Shown: positions 39,601 to 53,600 of the stretch, piece after piece
How the letters are laid out: every line of letters starts with the position of its first letter
Numbering within the stretch: position 1 is the stretch's first letter
Assembly (NCBI GenBank): GCA_000934665.2
Contig: KZ538265.1
Location: 1 to 64,000 of the forward strand
Source of the DNA: Catajapyx aquilonaris
Lineage: Eukaryota
Length of the DNA: 64,000 bases
Direction: 5' to 3'
Made by a program: the position numbers and the translations under genes
The notes under the pieces: generated by a model
The model's database searches: none
What the model was told of the DNA's origin: nothing
Seen by the model: only the letters and a program-made list of their open reading frames with translations

Positions 39601-41634
39601 GCAGGCGTACTGATTCACATTTATTAAAATTAAAATGTCAAAATAAAGAATTTACAATGCACTAATACAGCATATCACACAATTATGAAAATTAAGGCTT
39701 CAATTATGTATTTTTTTAAACGTGATCAAATAAGTGAAGAGTGTATTTAGGCACTGTGTATAGGTGCTTTATTACGGAACTAAAATTAGGGTGCTAAGTA
39801 CTGCATAACACACTCCGTGCAGCAGAGGGTTTCATTGTGTACGGCAGCAGACATGAAAAAGACCTGACAAGCAGCGTGACATCGAGCCTCTTTCATGCCA
39901 ACTGAACCGTCCACCTATATTATTATTCCCACTGCTCCAGCAAGCGCAATTATGTGCTCATTCCCAACCCATATTGAAAGCCCCAGTCAATCGCTAAGTC
40001 GAGCAGGGAGGCAAAATGATTAGATTCACACCTGAACAAGTTAGCTTTAATTGCGACATTTGGCTTCCACTCGAGTGAATCCCCAGTCCCCATCCAGCAT
40101 CCAAGGGAGGGAGATATATAGAAGCAATCAAGCGCTTTTCCCCTGTCGTGTGATGATGACGACGACGACGACGATGAAATCCTGGGGCACCTCACCTTGT
40201 TATTAGGGTAATTTGAGGCGCGGCCTCCCAGAGCATATTAAAACATGAAATCCAGGCAGGGCGGGGAATTAGCGCCCAATTTGACGCCATGGCACCTCTC
40301 GCGGGGCAACCCAACCCCTTTCGAATGGATCCTAATTACTGAGAATGGCGGGGGTCGCTATTTCCACTTCCCCTTTCAGCATATCTTGTCCTCTGTTGCG
40401 CTTGTGCCACAGTGTTTAGGAGGTGTCGAGCAAGGGTCTGATCCGATTGATGGAGCAGGGATGAGGAAAGGGGAGGAGAGGTCGTAGCAGCAGCACCAGT
40501 GAGAGGTGAATGCCTCTCCTGCACAGGCATCAGGACCAAAACCGACCTGGAAACTTCAATCGGTCGACTTTCAAATGGATTTACCATTTGATGAGATGGA
40601 TTCTCTGTCGCACTGCTGGGCTTGCCCCGTGATTCGGTGTATATAGAGGAGACTTTCTTTGCTGCTTCAGGGTATTTTAAAGGAGCTACCAATTATAATT
40701 TAGACATAAGATGAAATTTAAAAACTGCGGATATGTTACTGTCGCCTCGCTTTAAAGTTCTGCGGCAGGATGTACGACTCTTTGCTGTTGTGGGCACTTG
40801 TTCTTTTGTATGTTCCACTATACCCGAGATGTGCCCATTCATTAAGATACTATATATTATCCACAATTTCTAGGTGATTTCTGATTCATCCACATTACAT
40901 ACTGCAATAGAAATTGGGGTCCTCTATAATATCAGAACATACAAAACCACTGTTGATACATTTTTTCGAGTTAGAGCTTACCGCATGCCATGCTATAGGA
41001 TTTTCAAAATTCCAACGAGAATTGTCTCAGAACCGGCACTGAAAGCAAGTTTTTCTGCCAAACCCGCCAACATAAATCATTCCCAAACTCTCAATCTCCC
41101 CGGATGAGACAGAACTTGTGCCAATTATAAATACATGCCGAAAAAAGTTCAAATATCAGAATGCATAATATACTGTTCACGTGGAGTGTTTAAAGATTGC
41201 GTAACTCTGCGATCAGTCTCCATGAAATCTTAAGTTTATTTGGCATTAACTTTGTATGATGGTTGACGGTTATACTGTGCATTTAATAAAACTATTAAGT
41301 TACATTAATATTTTTGGAATGCATAATATTGTTTTGTCACCTCTGGCAACAGCAATTTTGTTTTTCTCGTCTCTACGGGATATGGGAGCAGGACGGAGGA
41401 AAATTTTGGGGGAAGGAGGGATGAAAGGAGGTAGGGGGAAATTGGAAGAATGAGGAATAGGAAAGTGGGGGGTAAAGAATGGGAGAGAGAAAGAATTATA
41501 CGATTGGTATTAGTATGCCCGCAGGCAACGCAACGGCCGGCTGATCATTTGGTATCATTATACTACCGGTATAGTCAACATTCACCAAGTTGCACCATTA
41601 CATTCGCACTGGTCAGGTTGAGAAACGCGGAAAT

Positions 41635-41795
41635 TCATTAGTTCATCCTGTGAATTAGGCTTCCCTAAGAACAAAAGAGGCGCACGTGTAGCCCTGAAGT
41701 GTCAGGATAAACCAAAAAGTTATCCTGACACTTGAGGGCTACACGTGCGCCTCTTTTGTTCTTAGGGAAGCCTAATTCACAGGATGAACTAATGA
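41635..41795. repeat. Near-perfect 76-bp inverted repeat with a 9-nt loop
   Basis: Arms 41635-41710 and 41720-41795 are complementary at 75 of 76 positions; loop ACCAAAAAG. Confidence 0.95.
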
Positions 41796-43519
41796 CTGGT
41801 ACCGTAATTGATCCTGCGTCAAAGAAGTGAGGACCTATAAGGAAAGTCGACTCCGCAATGGGCTTATAAAGATCCCGGAACGGATGAATGTGGCGGCTGT
41901 GTTGTCATAAGGTCAGGCAAGGAAGGACCTCTCTGCTGGTGAGGCCGACGTGTCTTACATTCTCCCAGAGGCCTTAATGTGCGGGTGAGTGACTTTGGGC
42001 CGGTCTGACAAGATACAAGACCACTGGAAGCGCGGCTTTTGTGGGAAGACGAGAGCGAGCTGGACGTGGCGGTGTGTACAAACCGGCGGTTTTGGCCCCC
42101 CCTCTCCCCTGGACCTTCTATCGTCCCTCCCCCTCCATCCTCCCTGGGGCCGCATTTGTTTCCCTGTCATCCCCTGACAAGATGGCGATGTTGCTGGAGT
42201 CGACAGTTGCCACCGCCTTGCACCCACCATGCGTGCCTCCAACGCGATCTGACGCAAATCCAGGCCTGCAATGGTGGCCCGGAATTGCATCCGGGGCGCC
42301 TCCTTTCAGCCTGGGGCATCTAATGGAGCTTACTCTCCAATTAGACCCTTTAGCCCATCAGGGATCTTTCGGAGCAATTATTCGTCCCTTGCAGGGGTTT
42401 TTATACTGCCAAACTGCCAGGATTTAGTGAACACTCTTGCAATACAATGGGCCAAAGAAAAGCCTTATGGGTCTTTCTGTGATTTGAATTTTGGTTTTTG
42501 GAATTTTCTGTCTCAGTCTCCTTCTGATGTGGCTGCTTCTTGCAGTTTGCAGTGCTTTGGAGCAAGGATAAAATGCAGAAAACTGCACTGTCCACATCAT
42601 CAGGATAAGTGTAAAGCGGACATAAATGAAGATGACTCATTTTTCCAATTCACTAGAAAGCTTTTCTGCTCCAATATGAATGTTTACTCTTATCAGACAA
42701 GACGGATAGTGTACACTTGGCATCGCTTTGCATTAAAGATTACAGTGTGTAGTTCAGCCTCTTCCAGTGAAGTCATTGCAGTCATGGCGTATGAGTCGTC
42801 CTCAATTTGTTAGTTCCCATTTTGGTGGGATACGCTCTACTCGGCATTATGTGCTGGCATTTTGAATATCACACTGCAATTAGTTGTAATAATTAATACC
42901 CTACTGGATATGGACCTGTGGGGCACTATCAAAACTGACGCTGGAAATCGGGTTTGATCACTCGGTGTGAATAATTTTAGCTCTTGCCTGCCAAATAATT
43001 TTAACGCCAATTAGGCAGCGGGGTCATGTAAACAAGTGTGCGTTTGCATATACACGTATAATTATGAAGTTTTGTTCACTTTAAAACTGGCGACGAACAA
43101 AATTCAACGGGCACGGTTTTCGTGTTGGCAAATACCACGGAATGGCTCCATGCTGTGAAGAGGCAGAGGTCAGGCTCGGACCTGCTCTTGAGCATGCGCA
43201 TACTAGCCGTGTATATACACAGGGGGCGATTAGGGCAGGCAAATCCCACATTTTGTGAGTAATCCCCAAGAAACCTGAAAAAGTGTGTAAGGAAGGCTCT
43301 GCGTGTAAAGTATTTCCAACCTGTGCTTGGTGCTTGAGCCCCCCCCACCTGCATCACCGGCAAGGCTTATACCTGTACAAAGCTTGAAAAGAGAAGGGCC
43401 CCCATGCAGCAGAAAGGCCCGTCTGGAGAAGGAGGAGGAGGACAACTAGAATGAGGCGCAAGCTGCTCGTCAAAATCCTCTCTCTCTATCATCTGACTCA
43501 ATAGAACTGGCCCTTCTTT

Positions 43520-43580
43520 GACCCTCCCTTTCCTCTCTCCCTCCTTTTCCTTCCTTCCTTCCTTCCTTCCTTCTTCCTTG
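43520..43580. repeat. Polypyrimidine tract with (CCTT)n
   Basis: CCCTCCCTTTCCTCTCTCCCTCCTTTTCCTTCCTTCCTTCCTTCC... read directly. Confidence 0.8.
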
Positions 43581-46500
43581 CCTCACCAGGCCTTTCAGCC
43601 TCCAGAGTACTCTTCACCAGGTCCACCAGAGGCCAGTTTCTGGACTGCAATTGCCTATATACCAAAGAACTGCGCTCTCCCTCCCTTTATGTAATCCGCT
43701 TCCTGCTGGCTCCTATAATCCAACTATTATCTCTCCTATTCATACCTGTCATGTTGCATTGGGCTGTTGGACAACATATTTAAGCAGATTTTCATGTATT
43801 TGGCCAGTTTACTAAAACCGACTAAAACCCCTGCAAGTATAGGCGGAAATTTTTTATCAATGTGACGAAAGAGAGAAGATCGTGCTACTTTTAGCAGAGT
43901 GGTGAACGTTTATGTGGTTTTCGATAGCTAATGCCACCTTGTGCTACATATTAGAAGCAGTCCCGCACTTACGCCCAACTTATACCCTATATGTTGGCAA
44001 ACACAACCCGACACAATATGAACGGTTACACCTGATTAAATTATTGCCATGAAATGAAGCAGTTTGGTGTGATTTGGTACAACACCACCCTGATGAACTT
44101 GATGGAGATGAAAACTCGCTGGAAATGGTGAAAGGTGTCAAGACTTCTTTTGTGGACGAGGATGAGCCGGATGCGGCTGATCCGGCCCCGGAGGGCATCC
44201 ATCTCGCTGCTCAGTCCAAAAAGGGAGAGTCTCTCATTGTGCTTCCCCAGTCTTCGCTCCTTCATGCCCGACCGGCCATGATGTTAGATAGATGCTGCCG
44301 CTGCCTCAGGGGCTTCAGAGGCCAGCAAAGGGCCATGCTGCTAGATAGGTAAGTAAGGCCCATCCATGCAGTAGTTCAGCAATGCCCTTTTGGCCGGCTG
44401 GTACTGTTGCCGACGGTTGCCTTGGGGGCCTTCCAGCCTCCCTGCTCGGAGGCCATGCTAATGCCCTTGTGCCCCTGCATGCTTGAGGACCATGGCCTCT
44501 TCTCCGCCGAACGAAGGCCCTTCCAGGAGCTCTTTCATCACGCTGGCTGCACCCTCGATTAGCCTGCCCCATACAATCCCAGACGATTCCAGTCGTAATC
44601 TGGAAGTGCATGGGACAAAAGACCCGTCCCGATGAATGAGTGAGTGAATGAATGTCGTGTCCTCCTTTTTTTTGGGAGGCTATACACAAGATTCGATACA
44701 CATGCTCGGTCTTGCTAGCCGGGGGGTGAATCTTTTTATTGGCCTTTTAACCACGGGCTTTGACAGCTTAGGGTGCGGGAAGTATTGCTTGGGTATATCA
44801 GCAGCAGCAGGTTCCACATTCAGCAGTGGTGGAAAAATATTGCCAAAGCGACATCCACACATTCGTAAATGAGATTCTCCCACTTGCAAAAGGGCGTGTG
44901 ATTTTTTGGAAATATATAACGTTCAATTAGCTGTGTCAACAGGAAGACGCGCATATATGGCAACCTTCTCATTTCCCGGGATCGGTATGTACACCCAAAA
45001 TTGGATGGTCTTTGAAGAGTGCGAGGGGGGAAAAGCAGCTCCTAGTATATGTGCATGCAATGGGGTATAGGGGGGATGGGGCACAGCATGTACTTGATTC
45101 AGCCCAGTTCATCAGATACGATAATGAATAGCCCGTGATATACATGCGTTGAATGGGGTGGGGAGAGAGTGAGAGCAGGGGTGGCTCTCGGATCCGCGTG
45201 TATATATATGCTGCTTGACCCGGTCATCAATCCACCATCCGGTTATACCAAGAGGTTAATATCTGTGAAGGAGCTGCCGGCCAGGCCAGGTTTATATCCC
45301 CATCACCCCGCTCTCCCTGATGGAAATAAAAATGCAGAAAAAAAGTCAATAGGAAGTGCACACAAATCAGTGTGCCCCCACTCGACCGAGCCCTGATTGT
45401 GGGATGGCACGCTTCCCTCTGCCACGGTTACCATTACTCTCCTAGGTAATCACGCCCTCTCTAATCTTTTCAACAAGCCCATTACCTTAACCTGGGCATA
45501 ATTGAGAGGAGCTAGTCCATGCATCCCCTCCCCCTATTTCTATATAGCCTAGCTGGGGCATGCAGCACTAGAGGCCGCTGGCTGCAGGCCCTGATCAAAT
45601 GACCCTCGTTTAACTTTACCCTCCCCAAATCACATTCCCCTTTCACCTCCTTCCCCTCCCACCCCCACACGCGTTCTCTCTCTGTATGCACTCAATCATC
45701 CGGCCACCGTTTATCAGAGTAAATACGATTTGCAACTGCATCGCCAACGGTGAAATATAAACGCACGGGCGTTTGTGTGTTGATCCAGCGTTGGATGCTG
45801 GCGCAGCCCCTCCGGGTTGAATGGCATTTGGTCGGTCCAATTTTGCCTTTTTAGTACCGCATGGGGCTCGCCGGCCAATTCCCAAGCGGCATTTTGCCAT
45901 TTCGAAACGCGAGCCAACATCAACTGATGCCCCTGTGCATGCCGCCATTCCCCGAAATTCTTTCTTCAATTTAGTGGCGCCCAATTTGACATCAGTCGTA
46001 CCGTGTATACATGCAAAGTGTAGCAGCAGCAGGGTCCCCCATCTGGATATGGGTCGTCTCCCGCATGCAAAAGAGAGGAGGGGGGGGGGGGGTCATATAT
46101 GCGGCTGTGGCGAGATATATCCCTCACTGCTGCTGGCTTGTATCGGCTGCATGAGGTCCAGCGGTCTCTCTGTATACTATCCGCAGCCTCCTTTTCCTTT
46201 GGTCGTTGGCAGCCAGTTGGAAGCGTCCGTTGGATAGCGCCGCTGATAACATCCACACAGCCTTTATGAATATGCTTTTGATCGCCCAAATGTCAGGAGC
46301 AGTCCCCATTCAAAAAGCCTGCGGCTTTTGGAAGCCGCACGCAAATGTCAGCCCGAATCGGAAAGATTGGAGGGGACCGTTTGTTGGCTCCTAATTCACC
46401 AACGCTCCCTCCCCGACATACATCGTTGATTATTTTATTCAATCTCGGGGTTTTTAAACTGGGCTTCCCCCTTCGGCTTACTGTTGAAGTGCTATACACG

Positions 46501-49220
46501 TATATAGCTATAAGACCTACTCATTTTGTACACAACGAGCATCATGCAAGAGGTCTTTTTTGTCAACAATTCAGCTTATAGGTATAATTATGAGACATAA
46601 AAGAAAAAACTGGATTTGAGTTTGTTAATCCGTTACAAACTTGCTGAACCCACCGCGTTAGCCACTAATAAACCTCAATTCCTATTCGAATATATAGGCC
46701 TATACGGCTGTATTGTATGATAGGCACATCATGCAAATATTAACATGTTTTCATTAGCTTTGGAAATTGCCTATGTCCTGATGTGCATATAGGCCTGTAA
46801 TTGACGAACTGCACAGCCTCTTCACTGTCCAATATTTGTACAAAGGGATATTCACTGTACAAAAGCGGATCATTGAGCCTGGAAGTTAGCTAACCCACGC
46901 GTCTTTCATATTAGTTCAGATGTTGTTAACTTTTCAACTTTTTCCAACATGTTTTATGGTTTTAGACGTCCAAGTCCTAATCATAGCTGAATTTGTCGAT
47001 ACTGTACATATAGACGTGTTTATTCAGTCAGTGATACAGAATAAGGCCCTTGTAGCAGCTTATAATAACACCCCATCACGACCTTCCACTGAAAGAATGA
47101 CCCGTGTTGTTCAAGATGTGACAAATCCTGCTAAACTCCAATGCCTGGTCCGGCGATTGTAACCTATATCATGTGTCGAAGTCGAAAATACCTCGAGGGC
47201 AGAAACGTCTTTGATATAATTATGTATACGAGTATGAACTTGAGAGCTAGATCCTTGCACTGTGTAGACCAAGTGACGTCTTATCCTGAGACATCATCAG
47301 ATTCATCACGGCACCGTCCTTGTGTGTCTCCCTTGATGTCGAAAGAGAATGTTTCAGCAGGAGATGTGATGGATGGTGGTGGATTCACATCAGCAGCATG
47401 CAGTGGCGGGTGATATAGTATGATCTATAGGCAGTCAGCAGTGGTGAATCGCGCAGAAAAGGCAGCTGGAGGCTAGCAATCTCATCCGGGTGGTGTTTAC
47501 CCTTTCCGGAGACGACAGCACTTGCTGCCTTTGCCGCTCTACACTTTCCCATTACGAACCACAAATACTCCAATTCCGGGGCGAGCAGAGGAGGACAAAA
47601 GTGGCAGGCTGGCGGGCAAACATCCCTCGGCGGAGGAGCCAGCGCCTCTTAGCCAGGCAATTTAGGCCGCCACAATGGCCGCGCCCTCCCAGGGGCCTTC
47701 CGTGTTCCCCGGCGTCATTTGCCCATGCAGCCAAAGCCCCCATCCTATATATGCTGCTGCTATACACTGTATATAGAGCAGATGCCGTGACTTCATCCAC
47801 GCCGCTTCAAGTTTCCATTTCCGAGTCCCATTGTTCCCATCTCTCCACCACTACATTGCCTCAGTGCACCGACGCATGCCTTGTAAAAAGTTGCCACTGG
47901 ACCCCATCATGTAAGACGGGACCGCCCACAGTGGACTTCATTTTCGGCCTTTTCGCTGCGGAGATAAGTCCGGGGGAGACCCCACGTGCTCATTGCTAGA
48001 AAAGCAGGGTCAAGATGAGGATTCTTCCGTTTCGAAGAGTCTTGTGCGCGACTCAAAATACCAGGTGGGCCAGACCTTTTGCGCGTGGCTCCTACACCTT
48101 GGGCTGCTTGGAGACATTTGCATAAAATTAAAGGACACAACCGGCAACAACACCGCAGGGTGGTCACATTTCAATTTCCCGGTGGAATTACGTCACATTC
48201 GCTTCCAATAAGTTAAATATTGCCGGATTCGTACGGAACTCTTTCACACTTTTCAGCTTAAAAAAATAGCTGTGTTGGCATACCCTGACTTGTGATTTTT
48301 TTGCTGATAAAAAATCCCTAGGGCGACTGAAACTGTGGCTGAGTTAGCATGGGGAAAACGCCCCCGATCTCCCTCTCTCTCTCTCTCTACTTTTTGGGGT
48401 GGCATATATTCGTCCTCATCTGATTCCCCGAGCTTCTTCCCATCCCATCCATCCAGCACTCCCTTTTCCCCGTAGACCCAAAGAGGCCGTTTTGTTTGCA
48501 TTCATTTTGCCGTCTCGGTTTCGCTCTTCCGATTAATAATTGTTTGCTTTCCTCGATCGGACGGGCGGCATGCGCATTCAAAGAGCTCCGATGCCAAACT
48601 TCTCCTCTTTTCCCACTTATTTCCACTGCATATTCCTCTCTCAGGACCTTCTCTGGCCAGGAAATGACGAAAAACTGTATTTGAATAGGTTTTGCAGCCA
48701 TGTTGACCAAAGTGTACTTTAGATGTACCAACTGCTCATCTGCATCTTCATTTATAACTACTAATGATTGGGTCCTGCTTATTTGGGGAGGAAGCTGAGA
48801 CATGGTGTCAAACAATATTTTGCACACACACAAAAAAACTGTGCAACCTGTGACACATCCTCTCACTATACTTTCAGATGACAATTTTCACAAAAGGCTG
48901 AATTGACAAAAAAAAAAAAAGCACCCAAAACTTTTTAACATAAGAAACCTGGCAACCAAGTCGCAAATCTGTGAGCAAAGAGTTTGAGACCATCTCCCAA
49001 AAGCATCTCTATCTATGTACCAAAAAGGGAGAAGTTGTTGGGAGTCTGAGGGGGTAGTCCGGATTTGGGGAGGTCCCTTGTGGCACCTCTTGCTCGCCTG
49101 CTTAATCATTGAAATGGATTCGCGCTCCCACGGAGAAAACCTACACACTGAAGAGGGGGACAGGATTTGGCAAATCGATTAGCGGATCTTGGACCCCCCC
49201 CCCCCCCCACCCCCCCCCCC

Positions 49221-49288
49221 NNNNNNNNNNNNNNNNNNNNNNNNNNNNNNNNNNNNNNNNNNNNNNNNNNNNNNNNNNNNNNNNNNNN
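49221..49288. other. Assembly gap between poly-C and poly-G runs
   Basis: N run flanked by a C-tract (49194-49220) and a G-tract (49289-49303). Confidence 0.99.
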
Positions 49289-50600
49289 GGGGGGGGGGGG
49301 GGGAAATTTAAATAATTACTGCTGGCAGCTTTGTGGCTGTTTGACGTAACGGCTAATTAAGTCATCCGTCTCGCAGGAAGGAACGAGCTTTTCTGCGGTT
49401 GGGGATTATCGGGGTTTTGGCCCGGGGAAATTGATTTAAGAGGGGCCATCGGTACGATTTTGCGGGCATAATCCGTGACCTGGGAGCGTTTGTCTTCTGC
49501 TGTGCTGACGGTGGGGGGTGTTTTATGCGAGTGGTTTCGTTGGCAGGGAAGGGAGAAAAAAAATGGCTGTTATGCAGCGAAGGGAAACAAATATGTGGTC
49601 AAATTCTGAGAGCATTTTTAATTCAAATGCGGAAATCACAATAATGGGTTTAAAATAACACGCACAAAATTTGTGTCAATATCACTTTCCACACATCGGT
49701 AGCACACACTGTTCAAATTGGACTTCTCATAACATTAATAGGAATAACTCCGAATATAATTCTTGGTAAAAATGCGGAAATATGAAGTTTGATTAATTAT
49801 ATATATAATTACTCACACTCAAAACCCTACCTTTGTAGGTACTCTTATAAACGTGTTCAAGACACTCAAACAAAATAGCTCAATTACAATGATTCTTATC
49901 TCCAACCACCTCTCAACTGATTGTACTAAAGGTTACTTAAAATTAGATCAACAGTCTTACAACTCATAAAATGTAATATATCGCAACTATCAAGACCACA
50001 CTCCTGAGATCAATTTTATTGCAAATGTGGCCCAGAAGAAAAGGTTTAAAAAAACCCTTACAAGAAACCGCACTTTTTAAAATACTTCTTCACGCTTTCA
50101 TGTGGCCAACATTAACGACATGGACTGAACTGTATTTACCTTGGCTCATAACCACAAACAAATACAGCTCATCAAACATTTCTATTTATCATAATTCATA
50201 AGTATCCAGTCTAAACATATATGAATGTTTCACCCAGTCTTTTTATTATTAAAAATAGCTTTAAAAACCAATCAAACATTTATAAAGCAAAAAATGCTGC
50301 TTTCAGAATAGGCTGTCATGCCCAAATTGCACCAGAACACATCAGGTGTAAAGCCACACTGTATACCAAAAAGCACCCTATTTGTATCCACACAGCATAC
50401 CCGCAACAAGATGTGACTTTTCACACCCCTAGATCAAGCTGAATTCATGCCCTTGCATTATCCTACCATGAGATAAGCTCATTAGAGATGGGATTTGACC
50501 AGTACAAAACACACCCATTCACTTTCCCCATTAATACCATGTTTTAACCCATCCCCATTGAACCTGCATACTGTGGGATTTTTAGATGAATGGAGTGGTT

Positions 50601-53600
50601 TTATTCATCTGGATCCTCATCAGAGCTCCTGTCATAGCAAATCTCTTCCTGGGTCCCAACAGAGAGGACAAACTGGCGTGACATTGCAACCGCATCACGG
50701 GCCAACTGGCTTTCGAATGGCAAACACCTGGCATCTCCCCAACCTTCCTCATCGCTTGGCTTGTCCGGAGCATTGTAACGATGTGATCGTGGCGAGGCTA
50801 TAGGAGATCCAAGGGGTGAGTCCACTGGTGATGGCACTGGAGAAAATTCAGGTGACAACTCTCCAGAAGTGTCCGTGTCACCTTTTTTGGCAGCTAATGC
50901 CCTTCGTTCTCTTCGTTTGCGTTCTTTCGCTCTACCAACCAACACTGTTCGCAGCTCTCTAAATACCTGCGTGCCAAATTAGAGGAACTTGCAAATAACA
51001 TTCATCTCATAACTTTTGAAGAAATTATGTACACAATAGATTCTTCCAACAATTTGTGACACAAGTCATATACAGTAGTTACTAAATTTTACAAGGTTTA
51101 TGTTTTTCTCTACAAGGTGCCCCAAAAGTCTGCATAGATCAATACATGTGGAAAGTCTCTGCACTGCTGAAGTCTAATTAAATTACTACATGCTGTGGAA
51201 GTGAGTTTGCTTTCCTACAGGCTGGTTAATGCATACTCGCTTTCAATGATTCCTTCACCTCTGACCTCCACCAAGACAGCCACGAATCTGAGCTAACTTC
51301 TTGAACATCCTGCATTTACAACACTCGCTGCTTCAAATATTCTTGTAATAATTATATAAAACCCTAGCTTGAAGAAATTATTAACATTGAACAAGAAAAA
51401 GTTTCAGCCTGTCATCTTGTTCCTTTAATAATGCAATACTTTTTGGCTAGACACATCACTGAAACATTTTTGAAAATGGCTTTTTGAAGAGAACATTATT
51501 TTTACTAATCAGTGTTATGGTCTTATGGATATTGGTAGGAGTTTAATTATTAAACATGCCATAATTTAGTAGTTGGTTGCAGAATATTGTGCAGAGATTG
51601 AACCAATATATGGCTCATGACACACTTCAGTTTGAGATTGTTCACCTCCACATTTAAATCCATGCATTTTTAAAAAGCACATTAAAAATATTAGTCATCA
51701 TTACATAATAATACTCTATTATGATTATCGAAGGCATAGCATGTAAATAGCAAAAGAAGGTTTTATAAGCAGTCACACATATTTGTAGAAAAATAATAAT
51801 TTGGCAAGTTAGGCTCTAACAAGCATGAGTTTATAAAAATTCGCGAAGTTGACATGCCAGATATGACCCAGTGGGCACTACAGCATTAAGATAGCTTCAT
51901 TAGTTAAATAAGATGTGAAAATATTTTACCTGTGCAGAATGTTGTGCCTCATCCCGTTTCTTCCTTTCCTCCTCAACATCAACCACTGTCTGTACATCTT
52001 CTTCATCACCACTTATGTCAGCCATGTCCATCTCAAAAACCTCATCCTCTGCTGTATCCTCAGTGGCTGCTGATACAACCACCGTCACAGAAGAAGAAGG
52101 AGCAGCAGCTGACTGAGAACCCTCACTGGGAGAAATTGTCCCACTCATAGGCACCTCTGATGGTCCTTTGGCCCGCTCAACCTGGCAGCAAGCCATTTCC
52201 AGGCAGCTTGCACATGAGGTGATTTCCAGCTTGAGGCGCTCCAGGCCTGCATCCATATCTGGTTCTTCTCCAAGGGAGAACTTCTCTTCCAGATCAAGGG
52301 AGGTAAGTAGGGCTGACTGAAGGTGAAGCACTAGGCTATGGACACACAGCTCCAGATCTGACCTGTAGCCAGGTGATTGCGCCCTACCAGAAGTGCGCTC
52401 TAAGCCTTGCAGACAAAAGAATCTGAAACAGCAAGTTGAAATGGCAAGGTTATGTAATGCAATCCTGAATCGTATTACAAGCTTTTCAACCCCTCCAATT
52501 TAGTATGCTACTATGAATGTCCAGAAATTTTGACAAACCTGTATGACATGGTCATGTCCTTGTACATGGTGCTGAACTCCTTTGTCATGTTCCCAAGAAG
52601 AACTTTGGCAGAAGGAAGGTGGGACCCTTGAATCCATACATCAGGACAGAAGCAGAGTGCGAAACGACGCATGAGTTCCGAAAGCTGGACAAATGCATGT
52701 TGGCAAAGCTCCTGAAAAAAATAGCCGGTTATGAGATGTCTGCCTGTAATAATTACAAAGAAAAATAGCATACCTTAAGTGCCCTAAGTGTTTCTCCCTC
52801 CTTTTGGTCCTCACCCACAAGACCCAAAGTTTCAACCTCAACGGCTGCGAGGTAATGGTTGGGCAGGTCAACATGTCGGGCCAAGGGGAATTTAAGGAGG
52901 AGGTCGTCCACTCCTTTCCTGGACAGAAGTAGTGTTGACCAAGCATTATGGGAAAGATTTGATCTCAGGCCCCACATGTAATTGCGCTTCCTGTGTAAGG
53001 AGCCGGATTCAGCCATCTCTGCCTCCAATCTCCAAGCCTGGCTTCCAGTTGTGGCACTTTAAAGGCATTAAAAACAATAACAAAATATAAATTTTCAATA
53101 CCATTGATAAAATTTCTCATTTGATTTTTTAAAATGTGCTTAATTATGTTTTCATAATGACCCACCAGTTTTCCTTACAATTACCTGCCCAGTTTTTTAA
53201 AATTATTTCATCACAAAACTTTTACTGTATTGTACTTTAATTTGGACATTTTGAAGAGGGATTGGGTTGAGAGCCTCTTTAGAGAGTGGTGCAATTCTCA
53301 GGAACTACCTTTCAGGTGGATGTTGGTAAGTGAAAAGTGGAGATCAGTTGTCCTAACAACACTCAACCCACCCTATATGGAGGGGGAGAAAATCCTTTCA
53401 CAGTCCTTCAAAAATCAAAGAACCTCTTGCAGAAACAAAGGGCAAAAATTCCCACTCCAATTTGAATGGATCACAGGAAGAGAGGGACAGATTTAGAGGC
53501 AGCAGGGTGGGGTTGGAGAATTGGAGAAGTATAGCTTTCTATGACTAGTAAACAAGCAGCTGTTACGTAAGCACCTGAAGAGGGTTACAGTATAATTCAT

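Noticed and set aside
6738..49475. Many TAATCC (Otd/K50 homeodomain) sites and a few CAGCAACC (possible Fezf autoregulatory) sites
   Set aside because: Counts seen by eye are roughly what chance predicts for 6-8-mers in 50 kb; enrichment cannot be claimed without computation.
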